This document shows positions 52,902 through 64,000 of a stretch of DNA of 64,000 nt, piece after piece (within the stretch, counting starts at the first letter, position 1; every line of letters starts with the position of its first letter). Source of the DNA: Lophium mytilinum. Its lineage: Eukaryota. The notes beneath the pieces were generated by a model that was not told the origin of the DNA, ran no database searches, and worked only from the letters and a program-made list of their open reading frames with translations. The DNA lies in assembly GCA_010093605.1 (NCBI GenBank), contig MU004183.1, positions 806,001 to 870,000 on the forward strand, read 5' to 3'. Both the position numbers and the translations under genes were made by a program.

Positions 52902-53803
52902 ATGACCTCGCCTCAATCAACATACTCCCGAGATGAGACGATAGCGGCCGTGCAGTCTTTCTATGACTTCTTAGTAGAATTCTACCTTCCCCCCAATGCT
53001 ATCAAGCACCCGCCTCCAGGTACAGGGGACCCAAAGATCCTCCGCAATAAGAGTACGCTAATTATTGCAGGTGGTTGGCCAGATATCGACCACGCCTTCT
53101 TCCGTCCTCCAAAGTCCGACGAAGTCGTCGATTTGATCAAGAATCTTCCCTTTGTGGACGCACGGGAGAGTGACGATGAGCCATATCAGGTCTACGAAAA
53201 GAGCAAGTGCGTGGACTACTCGGCCTTTGAAGATCCTGGCCCTGATGACTTCCATCCGTTTCCATTAGCAGAGACGATTGAGATAACCGAATCCACCATC
53301 GTGCTTGCAGCGCCAACAAGCCACGATGGGTACTGGTTCATCTTGGATGTGTCGACTGGGATGATGACGCTGGCTGAATTCGGGGACAATGAATGGGAAG
53401 AGTATGCGGTCCCAGATTTCTATGAGGTCATCAAATCGAAATTCCGGTCCCTCGAAGTGGTAAGCCAGATCATTCCTCCGTTTTGTTGGCTCCTTGAACA
53501 TTAGCTCTTTGGCTCCTTTCTCCTTTTGACTCCATGCGCGCCCGCTAAGGCTAGATGTAGTATCCCATCGATGCAGAAGACTTGGAGATGGCCAGCAGGT
53601 CCTCCGACACGGTCAATTCGCGCCTAAAAGCAATCTTCGTCGAACACGGCTGGCCGTCAAAGGAGTTTAGGAAGAAGGAATGTATGCGGAAGATAAAGAT
53701 TGAGTATAATGCAATGTATGGATGGCCGGTTCCCGAGGAGGACGAGGATGAAGAATCGGATGTTCAGGAGCTGACGAGTGGCATGGATGTTGTGGGCATG
53801 TGA
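52902..53803 (+). CDS. Acidic SUKH/SMI1-KNR4-like protein, paralog 2 (249 aa); exons 52902-53019, 53071-53459, 53561-53803
   Basis: YSRDETIAAVQSFYDFLVEFYLP..PPGGWPDI..PKSDEVVDLIKNLPFVD..TIVLAAPTSHDGYWFILDVSTGMM..FYEVIKSKFRSLEV..HGWP..FRKKECM; colinear with paralog 1. Confidence 0.78.
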
Positions 53804-54137
53804 GAGAAGCCTAGCCCTTGGCACGCTACTAGATCCCCGAAACCCATCAGCGTGCCTATAGTGATTTCGGATCCGGCATTCTAAGGCGCCGATGGCTGCC
53901 GACGGACCCACACGTCTGCTCGTAAGGATGACCTGATACGCTCAATCGTGTAAGGTTGAAATATAGTGCCAAGGGGGCCTTATGTACAATCTCAGTTAGG
54001 CTGCTGTGCTGCAGCATTTACTGTGCCGCAGCATTTACCTCTGTGTACCGCCCTAAATAACCAGAAACATCTCTTTCATACAAATCTTTTGTGCGCTCCT
54101 TTTGCTTCTCAAGTAGTTCTAATTACTCATTCGCACC

Positions 54138-54400
54138 ATGGTCACCAATCATTTTCCCATCACAGAGACTGTGGCGTCCTATTACGAGTTCTCTTAGCTT
54201 GTACCTCCTCGCGAATGTAACCAACTACCCGCCAATGGACGAATGGTGTGCATACCCATCCCTAAACGGCCCACGCGCCATTAAGTACTGACTGCTATCT
54301 TCATAGACTTCTCTCCTAGATCTAATAAGCCGACAAGAATCCACAATTAGACGGCTTCGTGCTAGCAAATGGTTGCTTACCTGGAAAACATGATATGTTG
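54138..54400 (+). pseudogene. Decayed third SUKH-like paralog
   Basis: ATG 54138 gives MVTNHFPITETVASYYEF, then a frameshift to SLYLLANVTNYPPMDEW (compare SYYEFLISFYLPASSLKFAPMGGW). A GT..CTGAC..TAG intron (54248-54306) sits at the paralog-1 position. The 3' limit is approximate. Confidence 0.7.
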
Positions 54401-54477
54401 CAGCACACGTGGACCTTTGAAACCTGACGTAGCTAAACACAATAAATGAAGTAGGTAACAAGGATCAGGTCCGCATA

Positions 54478-54508
54478 GAAGAGATGGAAGAGATGGAAGA
54501 GATGGAAG
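54478..54508 (+). repeat. (GAAGAGATG)3+ tandem repeat
   Basis: Read directly from the sequence. Confidence 0.85.
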
Positions 54509-54941
54509 CTTTATCTATTCAAAATTGCACGCTTTGCTATGATATGCTGCGCTGATTGGTCTAGGGGATATATTGCGGCATGATACGCAAAAGCATCGAC
54601 TCCACAGACGCCTTACGGTCTCCCAGAGAAATCATCCAACATGTAGGGATCCAGATTGAAAGCAGACAAAGACCTAAGATGTACAAGAAATAGAGGAGGA
54701 CGCCCGTGGATTCGCATCCCGTGAGAAGGCGGCGACGTAGTCCGAGAACTGCGCGGCCTCTTGAAAGATAGCACGTCTGCAAGCCGGAGTGTTTCGCCTG
54801 ACGAACCAGTCCCAGGTCGGAGGTAACGCCATTCTCTCCGTAGGAGGGAAGAGTATATGGATGAATGGAAAGCCATATCGATCGTGGGAGTCCAGAAAAT
54901 CCCGTAGATGAGAACCGTAAATGCTGACCAGAATGCCGCAT

Positions 54942-56146
54942 TCAGTTTTTCTTCTTCATATCTTCCCAGTAGTTCTTCCCCAACAGCGCATCCAAATTCT
55001 TCCGCACGCTCTTCTGAAGTCCGAAACTCTTGCCGGCAGAGTTACCAGTCGATTTTATCTCCTCCGCATTGGTCACAGGGTCGTTGTCGCTGTCTTTGCC
55101 TCCGCCAACGCGCCACGCCGAGATGGCTGGTGGTGTCAAGGTATACCCGCTCACCTTGCCCTCGGCCGTCCGCCACGCGATTTCGAGATCGATGGGTGCG
55201 GCGAGACCGAGATACCCACCGTTGTGGTATAGCATCCGCATGGCGCCACGGTGAGAAAGCGAGTAGCCCTGCAGACAGAGCGGCTTGTAGGTCGGGGATG
55301 TAATACGCATCTGATCCATCTGGGTCATATTCCAGACCTGGGTGATTTCCTTCTTAAAGGTATCGAGGTTGTCTTCAAGCTTGGGGCCGTTGGGATCGAA
55401 GTAGGTCTGGTGCATATCCAAGCGTTCCATGTTCGGCTTGTTCGCACACTGGCCCATGAAGAGCTCGTCCCAATCGCATCCTGGGCTCTGTTCAGTATCT
55501 TGAGCTCGATTGGCTCCGAATGGAAGGCTTACCGTATGGGCACTCCTCGCCCCACCCCTTTTTCACGTCCTGGCCCCACCGAATCGTGTTGTTGTACTTC
55601 AGCTGCCAGTTCCAGAGGCCCATGACCTCGCGAATATTCATGTCCCAATCCACGTCGTCCTCGAGGATCAATGCGGAGCCCAGGTTGTTGTCGATGACAT
55701 AGCGCCAAGCGTTCGCATGTGCCCTCCAACACCCCAGACGCGAGCCACGCATCGCTTCAGGGAGTCCATCGGGCTCAGCCTTATGAGAAATCGTATCGCC
55801 GTCGACCTAAAGTCGTAATTAGCGTCCAGTCAGACAAAAATAGGCGGGCAGCCAAGAGCTCCCTTACCCCTTCGATCATCGTTAACTTCAGGCCGGACGC
55901 GGCGGCCATAAGCGAGAGCGCATCCTGGCGGTCTGTACGGAAGGGCATCGAGATGTATAAGATGGCGCCAAAGTCGAGGGTAGAGTTTGCGAGGGTCGGT
56001 GGCGGCGGCGTGCCCATACTGCTACGCACTCGGTTTGGTAGGTGGCCGTTGTTGAAGAAAAACAGCACGTAGAGGAGGAACAACACAGCGCCAAAGCTGC
56101 CGGCGGCCTGCATCAGGCGTGCCGGGTTCGTGGTGCGGAGTAGCAT
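54942..56146 (-). CDS. GT25-like type II membrane glycosyltransferase; exons 56146-55868, 55806-55533, 55480-54942
   Basis: N-terminal TM anchor; NSTLDFGAILYISMPFRTDRQD, GVDG, GCWRAHANAW, SALILEDDVDWD, PYGCDWDELFMGQC. Confidence 0.85.
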
Positions 56147-57354
56147 GGTAGACGGAAGTAGTCGGCCGGGTACGAGTCGCACGGGGAAAGATGGGAGGGG
56201 GAGGGTTCTGCTTTGTAGAGCGCAGAAGTTGTACGTCTCGTGGGAGGTTTTTGGGCGCAGCGGCTGATGATAACAACATGCAGCCCTCACTATGTATCAT
56301 TTCAGCTCACACCTGCAGTCGGGTGGCTGCGTGGCTGGCCGCGTTATCGCCCCTAGCTTCATCGCCATACATATTAAGGCACCGTCGTCCCGTCGTCCCA
56401 CACCGTACCCGCAACCCCAAATTCGTCACTGTCAGCGAGCCTCTGTGGAATGTAGCACCTGCAGCCGGGAATCCCCTCCAGTTCCACCCTCCCGACCCAG
56501 AGTAAATCTCACAGCTGTCGTGCTAATTGCCTGCCTCCGTTCCTCATGCCTTCGTCCAGCATCTCTAACGCCGGCGCCACATTCGGCGATCTGGTGTCTT
56601 CCTTCGTAAGCCTTTATCAGCTAATTTAGCGCTCCCGCAGGAAGTCGCCCCTGTACGGTGCCGCTGGCTCGTATACAAACGTTGTTTTCAATTTCGAAAC
56701 CTCAGCTAGCTGCATCCGGCGACGAATTTAAAGCATGTCCGTTCAACTCAGAACTTCGGCACCAAGTTTGGTAGTTGTGGTTCAAGCTGCGGCTCCGTGC
56801 TTGGTTTGGAGAGTCGCTTGACAAATTGACAGGCGTGGATTATCAGAGAGCGGCGATTGGCTAGAAGGAGACGTTGTCGACCTGGAAACGAGAGCGTTTC
56901 CCGACTGAGTGGGGTTGAATCTAGGGTTGTTCGGTGCAACGGGCCAAAGCATCTTAATTCGCGGAATAGAACATGCACTGTGGGGACCGGTGTCTGATCC
57001 GTGTTCTGTACAGTACAGTACCTAAAAAGACGATTTGTAGGATGAGTGAACAAGGACGTCTACGAAGCAGGAACAGTCGCTCAAGAAGGTCAATATGACC
57101 CAGACGTGTCGCTTGTTGAATTTCAGTTGCAAGCTCCACGGAAAGGTGCGATTCTCTTAGACATTCAAATCGAAGCCTTGTGTGAGACTCAATAGCAGGT
57201 CTTAGTGATCAACTTGATGCTCCATCTAAACATCGTCTGAGAACATCACTTTCTAGAATGTTTCCATACATGTCTACAAAGTATGCTGTGTCTCCGGCGT
57301 CAACGGCTTGTCTCCCGAAATTGACCTCATTATACTAGCTCCCGACTTCTCCAA

Positions 57355-57388
57355 CGTATCCAGCGTATCTAGCGTATCCAGCGTATCC
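57355..57388 (+). repeat. (CGTATCyAG)~4 tandem repeat
   Basis: cgtatccag cgtatctag cgtatccag cgtatcc. Confidence 0.8.
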
Positions 57389-57783
57389 TCACGTCGGACA
57401 CCTACCAGCAATACGATCCAACAGCACCGAAGAGGCAGTCAGAGCATGAAGTTCGGTCCTGGGCTATTTTAAGAAGATGACAGCTGATGGTTGCGGTCGA
57501 TGCCGATGCCACCAGGGTGGCGCGATGGCGACTGGGGGAGCAGCAGCTGATGATGAATCAGCGCAGATCTGAATTGTTTACGGTTTTTACGATGGTGCAA
57601 GGCCCCTTTTTGTGTTGCATTACGTTCCACCCATTACCGGTAGCCAGTTCTTGGGAGTCGAGGCGAGACCCAGCACCAAGTGGGCAGCAAGGGATCTGGC
57701 CACTGTACCACGGAGCAGCCTATCCACGCTGCGATAACTGTCCTCCCATCAAGAGACGTCTCGCACCCTGAGCACACAGCACC

Positions 57784-57816
57784 TCCATCTCCATCTCCAT
57801 CTCCATCTCCATCTCC
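57784..57816 (+). repeat. (TCCATC)5 microsatellite
   Basis: Read directly from the sequence. Confidence 0.9.
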
Positions 57817-58262
57817 TACAGTGAATGCTGAAATACATTTGCGCCTCTCCATCTACCTGCAACGACATTGCCACCCAACAATGACGGAAAATAAAATTGC
57901 TGACGGCATTGAGATGCGACAACGGCTAGGCCTGGAGATTGGCGGGCGGCGCGCAATGACAGGCCAGCCCAGCGCCCCCCATGCCCACGCCCCCTTCAGC
58001 TGGTCCCGACACTACTGCGCCATCGAGGGTAGACTGGCGTCGACGCATCTGCAAAAGGGTCTCAGTCCTCGTTGCACCCAGCTGAAGTCCTCTGCCCACC
58101 ATACCGCAATACCGCAAACGTCCACTCCACGCCTCGAGACGGTGATGAATCGGTGACACCCACTGTCTCTACCACCTATACGAAGTACCCGCCCGCAGCC
58201 TCTCTCCGCGCGCTGATCCGCTTGCCAACCTCCCTACTGCCTCAGTGCACTCCCCGTAAACA

Positions 58263-59569
58263 ATGCTGGGCTCCAGGTATTTACCCTCCCGCAACACTCC
58301 ATACCGCGACTGCGAACTCACAGTGTCTTTCGCGCAGGTTAATTCTCGGTGTGCTCACCGCCGCCTTTCTCCTCCTCGTCGTGAAGATCTATTCCGACTC
58401 TTCCTTCGGTCACCTCTCCTATTCTGACCTCCAAATATCGCCCGCCAACCCCAAATCACCCGACAAGGCACAACCGTCAGCATCAGCACCAGCATCGCCC
58501 AAGGCATCACAGACAACAGATAAGCCGGTGGACAAGAAGCCAGACGAGAAAAAGCCAGAAGAAAAGAAGCCCGAGGAGAAGAAACCAGAGGAGAAGAAAC
58601 CAGAGGAAGAGAAGAAACCCGAGAAGCCCCACGGCGATCGAGAAAAGGAAGAAGCGTGGTCCGGCGAACCCGGCTACTTCAAGAACAAGAAAGAATGGAA
58701 TTTCGACGCGCCCCTCGAACCCTCTGACGAAACCTTCAAGCCTGAGGAAATCCTTATCTTGACCGCTAGCAATGGCGGTGGACACAATGCAGCCATTCCG
58801 AACCTACTAGAACGCATATGCGAGGAGCGCGATAGCTACGCCAAACTTCATAACTACACCCACACCTGGCTCAACACGGATAAGTACGACGTGGGAGACG
58901 CGCACCCGGTAAGCTTCGTGACGCCGCTAGCAACATTGTCCTACGTTCCTAACTAATCCCGCACCTCAGGTCTGGGCCAAAATTCCCGCCATTGCCGACG
59001 CTTTCTACCAGAACCCCCAGGCCAAGTGGCTCTGGATCGCCGATTCCGACATCATCTTCATGACGCACTCCGTCAAGCTCGAGGAGATGCTCCTAAGCCA
59101 AAAGGCCATGTCCGAGAAAATCATGAAGGGCCAGACCCTTTTCAACGGCATGAAAGACGGCAAAAGCCACAAGACGAAGATCACTATGCCCGAAGAACCC
59201 AAAATCTCCAACCTCGATATTCTCATCACCCAAGACCACAACGGCATAAACGCTGGCAGCATTTTCATCCGCCGCAGCCAGTTCACGCGCTTTATCCTTG
59301 AAGCCTGGACCGACAAGTTGCTTATGGAAGACCACTGGTTGGGCAAGGAACAGGACGCCCTGAAGCATTTGATGCTCGAACACCCACTCATCCGCTCCCA
59401 CGTGGGTGTCTTCCCGCAGCGCATGTTCAACGCCTACGCCGTCGGTGGCGATAAGATGGGCTGGCGAGAGGGCGACCTCATGGTACACTTGGCTGGCTGC
59501 TGGGTCGGCGGTGATCATATCTGCAAAGAGCGATTCGACGAGTTCTGGGCTAAGCGGAAACTGGAGTAA
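58263..59569 (+). CDS. GT34 (Gma12/Mnn10-type) glycosyltransferase; exons 58263-58276, 58338-58908, 58970-59569
   Basis: TM anchor; stem with KKPEE repeats (about 58535-58630); YAKLHNY, WAKIPAI, WLWIADSD (DxD), ITQDHNGINAGS, KEQDAL, FNAY, GDLMVHLAGC. Confidence 0.92.
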
Positions 59570-59990
59570 GCGCTTGACGTAACGGAACGCAACAAATGCA
59601 TGCATGGTTAAAAGGGCGTTTTGGCATATCTGGGTTCGGGTTTGATGTTTGGTTTTTGAGTCAAGCGTGACTCCGAAGACGCATTTCCTACCTCATTCTC
59701 TTTCTGCTTATTTGGTTGTATTATGTGCACGGCTTGGATAGACAGCTAGTGTTTTGGAGCGCGCATGATGTTGGAATTGCGCAAGCAAGCGGCTTTTTGG
59801 TTGATGTCTATTTTGCTATTAATATTGGATTGAAAACATCACGAGCATCGCTCGATTTCAAAGTTACGACATCTCCTGTCCTCAGCGTGTCTACACGCAT
59901 TTATCTTCTCTCTGCGAATCATTCATGCTATTCTCGTCTTCCTACTTTTATTTATCAGCTACTCAATCTCGGCATCATCCAATAATCAAA

Positions 59991-60091
59991 GCCGGTGTGG
60001 TTTAGTAGGCTATAATGTGGTGGACGACCGATCTCGGGCTTATGGCCTGGGCGGCACCATCGAGACCCAAGTTCGATTCTTGGCGCCGGCC
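59991..60091 (+). tRNA. tRNA-like gene, probably intron-containing; isotype undetermined, possibly a pseudo-tRNA
   Basis: Acceptor stem GCCGGTG/CGCCGGC, A-box TGGTTTAGTAGG, T arm CCAAG-TTCGATT-CTTGG, and a T-run terminator near 60097. The anticodon loop is atypical. Confidence 0.7.
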
Positions 60092-60959
60092 TCATCTTTT
60101 TGCTTCTGCTTTCGAAATGTCATTGGCTGCACTGCAAATCAATCGGACAAGCTGAGTCCCACGAGCTAGTCAGAATCCATAGAGAGCAAGGTGATGCGAG
60201 ACCAGTGTTAAATCATCGCGTTCAACCGCAGAAGGTAAGGAGGGATATCGACGTGTGAGCTGTTGTTGCGAAGGTAATATGTGTGTTGTTGAGCTTTAGA
60301 GCGTACCTAGGTACTACTTTTACACAGTAGACCCCTTTCGCGGCTCCGCATTCCTGTCAAGGGCTAGCTTTGTTCCCTCAACACTATCATCCCACTCCTA
60401 GTCTTCGCTTCTTCACAGACTACTAGCCTCCGCTTTTCTCAGCGCTCTGTATTCATCGAACTTGGGGAAAACGAATATCTCGATGGCCCATTCGTCGCGG
60501 AAAGAGTACTGATCCTTGTACAGTACATGAAGATCCTAGCACTCGGACCGAGCGGCATTTATTTCGTCTCTAGAACAAGGGATTACAACATGGCGTGCAT
60601 GGTTACGTCTTCTGCCGCGAACCTACCCCGCAATTGCTGGCCTGTCCAACAACCAACGTGTTTGCTGCAGCCACCCGGGAGTCCCGCATCGTGGCCCTGC
60701 CACTCTTTGTCTCCATTTGCGGGGAAGACCATAGGATTGCCGCATTTACGGAGGCAGTGCGTAAGATTCATCGATCACGGGAACTCTACTAAACGATTTT
60801 AAATCAGACTTAAGTAGGACAACCCGTAGCTCCTGTGGCACCACATACTAGTTGATGTGTTTGCTTCGACGGCATAATTGGACGTATAAGTATCGTATAC
60901 CTCCTAAGTAGGAGTACGGACTGAGCCATTACCGCTTCTTAACTCCCACCACCATTAAG

Positions 60960-63183
60960 ATGTACGACATCCAAAGAGGTGTAGCTTACGCCGTCTTGGG
61001 GGCGGTTTGCCTGTTTACCAATACAGCGTCAGCATTCCCGCGTACCAATGGCGACGCTTTCCAAGCTTTCAAGCGCCAGGCCGGGCAAAATGCCACGAAC
61101 CCGCTTCGTGTAGACCTGGGATACGAGGTCTACGAAGGCGTATCTAATAGCACGACAGGATTGAACACATTCAAAGGGTTGGATTTTCTCTATAGCTTCC
61201 AACTGCAACTGAGAAGCCAAACTTACAATTTCTAAGCATTCGCTATGCCGCTCCTCCAATTGGCTCACTGCGATGGCAACCTCCACAGGTGCCTACATAC
61301 AACCGCAGTTCTACGATCTCGGCTGCGTCACTCCCGCCGGCCTGTCCGCAAAACCCAGACTCTTTTGGCCAGACTTCAAGAAAGCCGAGCCCATTCGTAC
61401 TTGGATCAGAGGATTGTCTATTCGTGAGCGTATATAGCCCTTCAAACGCCTCGAATATGCCTGTTCTTGTATGGATACATGGCGGAGGATATGGTGCGGG
61501 ATCTGGATCTCAAGACCTTTCGGCCATCATCAATGCCAATTCGAACGGCTTTGTGGGTGTAGCTATCCAATATCGAGTGCGTACAATTCGTCTCTTACCC
61601 TCATTACCAATTCTGTCTGTCTGATTGCCCGTCCAGCTGGGAGTGTTTGGTTTCCTCTCCTCCGATGAAGTCTTCCGCAATGGCGCCGTAAATGCCGGGA
61701 TCTTGGACCAGCATTTCGCATTACAATGGGTCCAAGAATATATCGCGCTATTCGGAGGTAATTCATCGCAGGTGACAATTTCCGGCGAAAGTGCTGGAGG
61801 CGGCTCCGTGATGCTTCAAACGATGGCATATGGAGGCACACTAGGGACATCACTGTTCACAAATGTAAGCTAATCTATCCTTCTCGAGGTTCCAAAGTTG
61901 AGAATGCTCGCGACTCACATATCGTATTCCAGTCTATCGCAGCCTCACCATACTTGCCGATGCAATACGGCTACCGGGACTGGGTTCCGTCCCAGTCCTA
62001 TTATGCCTTCGCCATCGCATCCGGATGTTCCCCAATGACAGCCTACGGCAGCTCCTCGCAAACTATCTTCGACTGCCTAGTCTCCAAAGATACCGAAACA
62101 CTCCAACGCGCTAGCTACAATATCTCTAGTTCCGGCACGTATGGCACCTGGGGGTTCCTCCCCGTTACCGACGGCGTCTTCATCCAGCAACTCCCCAGCA
62201 TACAGCTCCAGTCCAAGAAAGTAAACGGACTGAACATCCTCTCCGGGGTGTGTATTACCCACTACCCCAACTAACAGAAGCCTCTTACGCAGTAGCTCTA
62301 ACACGTGACTAGAACAACGCAGAAGAGGGCGCACCCTTCACGACTCCCAATATTACTACCGAAGCCGACCTCGTAGCCTGGTTGACCTTAACCTTCCCTC
62401 TTTTCTCCCCTGACGACATCGACAAGATCCTGCTCTACTACCCTAGCAGCGATGCCTCTGACACGTCCGGCATGCCCGAGTACGCGACCTCCGGGATCGC
62501 GAGCGGAACAGGCGCCACAGCTGTCAACGTTTCACAGGTAGCGGCGGGACAGCAACAGCGAGCTGACGTACGTAACTTTTCCTTAAAGCACTCGCAGTCC
62601 CACCGTGCCCCCGGTAAATGGTTTCCTAACACAAAACTTGACGACATTGCAGAACATCTACGCCGAAACCACGTTCGTCTGCCCCAGCTACTGGCTCGCC
62701 ACCGCCTTCACCCCCTCGCGCGCCTCCCCCTCCGCAAAAAGCTGGAAATACCAATACTCGGTCCCAAACGCCTACCACGGCGCCGACGTGACCTCCTACT
62801 TCGGCCCCGCACATCCAAACCAAGGCCCTTCCCTCCTCGCCGCCGTGCAACACATCTGGGGCGCGTTCATCACGACGAACAACCCGTCCATCCCGGCTAG
62901 TATCGCGAACAGCATGGGTGAGGTGGTTGGAGATGGGGAGACGGTGTTTAATGGGACGTGGCCGACTTTCTCTACGAAATTGCCGTGGTTGCTGAATATG
63001 AATCAGACCGGGGGGGAGGCGTTTAGCACGAATGTGGGGACGCCGAATATGGAGAATGTGACGGAGTTCCAAGGGCCGGGGTTGCGGAATGCGTTTGGCT
63101 TGGCGAATGGGTATACGTGGGAGGGGGGCAGGGGGGTGAGGTGCGATTTTTGGAGGGCGATGGGGGGGAGTGTGCCGGAGTAG
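60960..63183 (+). CDS. Secreted type-B carboxylesterase/lipase (about 6 exons)
   Basis: Signal peptide; FKGIRYAAPP, SEDCLFV, VWIHGGGY, FGGNSSQVTISGESAGG (catalytic Ser), NNAEEG, AYHGAD, RCDFW. Confidence 0.93.
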
Positions 63184-64000
63184 GGGACGAGGGGGTTGGG
63201 GGATAGAGGAAATGGGTAGGAGGGGGGTGAGTAGTGATATAAAAGTGATTTTTTGGTAAGCGAGGGGGTGGATGGGGATTTGGTACTCAAGCTGGTAAAA
63301 CGTTCGAAGCTGATAAGCGGCGGTATGTTGATAGCTGGCTACCGCAGCGACGTGTCAGCTAGATTAATCTAGTTTTGATCTTTTGACCGAAGTCTCCATG
63401 CCTTTTCTTGCTAGCTCGTGGATACTCAAAAACCTTATGGGCCAATCAACTTCATCCACTAACCAGAATCTTAGACTAAGATGGGTGACGAACAAAGGCG
63501 CCGGACAGCAAAGTTCAAGGAGATGCGAGGTAGGTTGTTATTCAACTGTAAGTTGATTGGCCGAGTTCTTGAAACCGAACCAGAGGTGTCAGCTCATCTA
63601 ATCAATCTGGGCCCAATGGTTAATGTAATCTAATCACGCTCCAACTAGCGCTAATGTGACCTATTATGAACTCAAATACAGTATGCGATCTATTTCAAGC
63701 CCTGGAATCATCAAAATACGCGGACAAAAGCGGCGGAAGTCCACCGGAAGTAAAAGCTATCGGCCATCTTCGGCTCCGGGGCGGGTCATAAATATAACCG
63801 AATGAACAGATTTCAGCATCGTTCCCTTATATCTAATACCTGGTTGGCTAGGGTTTGGGGGTTCGGAGGGTCTGAAACCCGTTGGAATCCCACATAAACC
63901 TTTGACCCCAGCAACGATCCAACAAGGCCTCCAACGCACTAACGGATAATCATGCAATGGTAACACCAGAAGGCTTGATTTCCCCCTCGGAATTTCCTAC

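Noticed and set aside
57355..57816. Short tandem repeats as a CRISPR-like array
   Set aside because: Simple 6-9 bp repeats without spacers, in a eukaryotic genome.
58072..58262. N-terminal extension of the GT34 ORF
   Set aside because: A spliced start at ATG 58263 gives the expected short tail and TM anchor.
63300..64000. Possible partial gene at the window end
   Set aside because: Only a 69-aa non-ATG ORF with no recognisable features.

Overview
Gene-dense, intron-containing genomic DNA from a filamentous ascomycete (probably Dothideomycete-like; an inference from gene style). A conserved backbone carries a class II-type heme peroxidase, a small HMG/YABBY-like protein missed by the ORF track, a kinase-ankyrin gene, SEC12, TOR, a YTP1-family membrane protein, DAM1, a CRAL-TRIO protein, a secreted HEXXH metallopeptidase, a BTB protein, a triple-KH RNA-binding protein, a CENP-K-like gene, a Mae1-type transporter, GT25 and GT34 glycosyltransferases, a tRNA-like gene and a carboxylesterase. 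The most striking part is the accessory block at about 44.8-54.4 kb. A six-exon secreted protein with a NucA/NucB-like DNase domain (48137-50646, minus) is transcribed divergently from a tandem array of acidic SUKH/SMI1-KNR4-like genes (two intact, one decayed), and the two intact copies share a conserved palindromic upstream element. This arrangement resembles a bacterial polymorphic toxin-immunity locus in a fungus. Other notable items are a 214-bp TA-flanked MITE in an intron with two related TIR relics elsewhere, a likely GC-AG intron that switches the KH protein C-terminus, and a tRNA-like gene with a non-canonical anticodon loop. All exon models and family calls come from manual reading and remembered motifs; no database searches were run.
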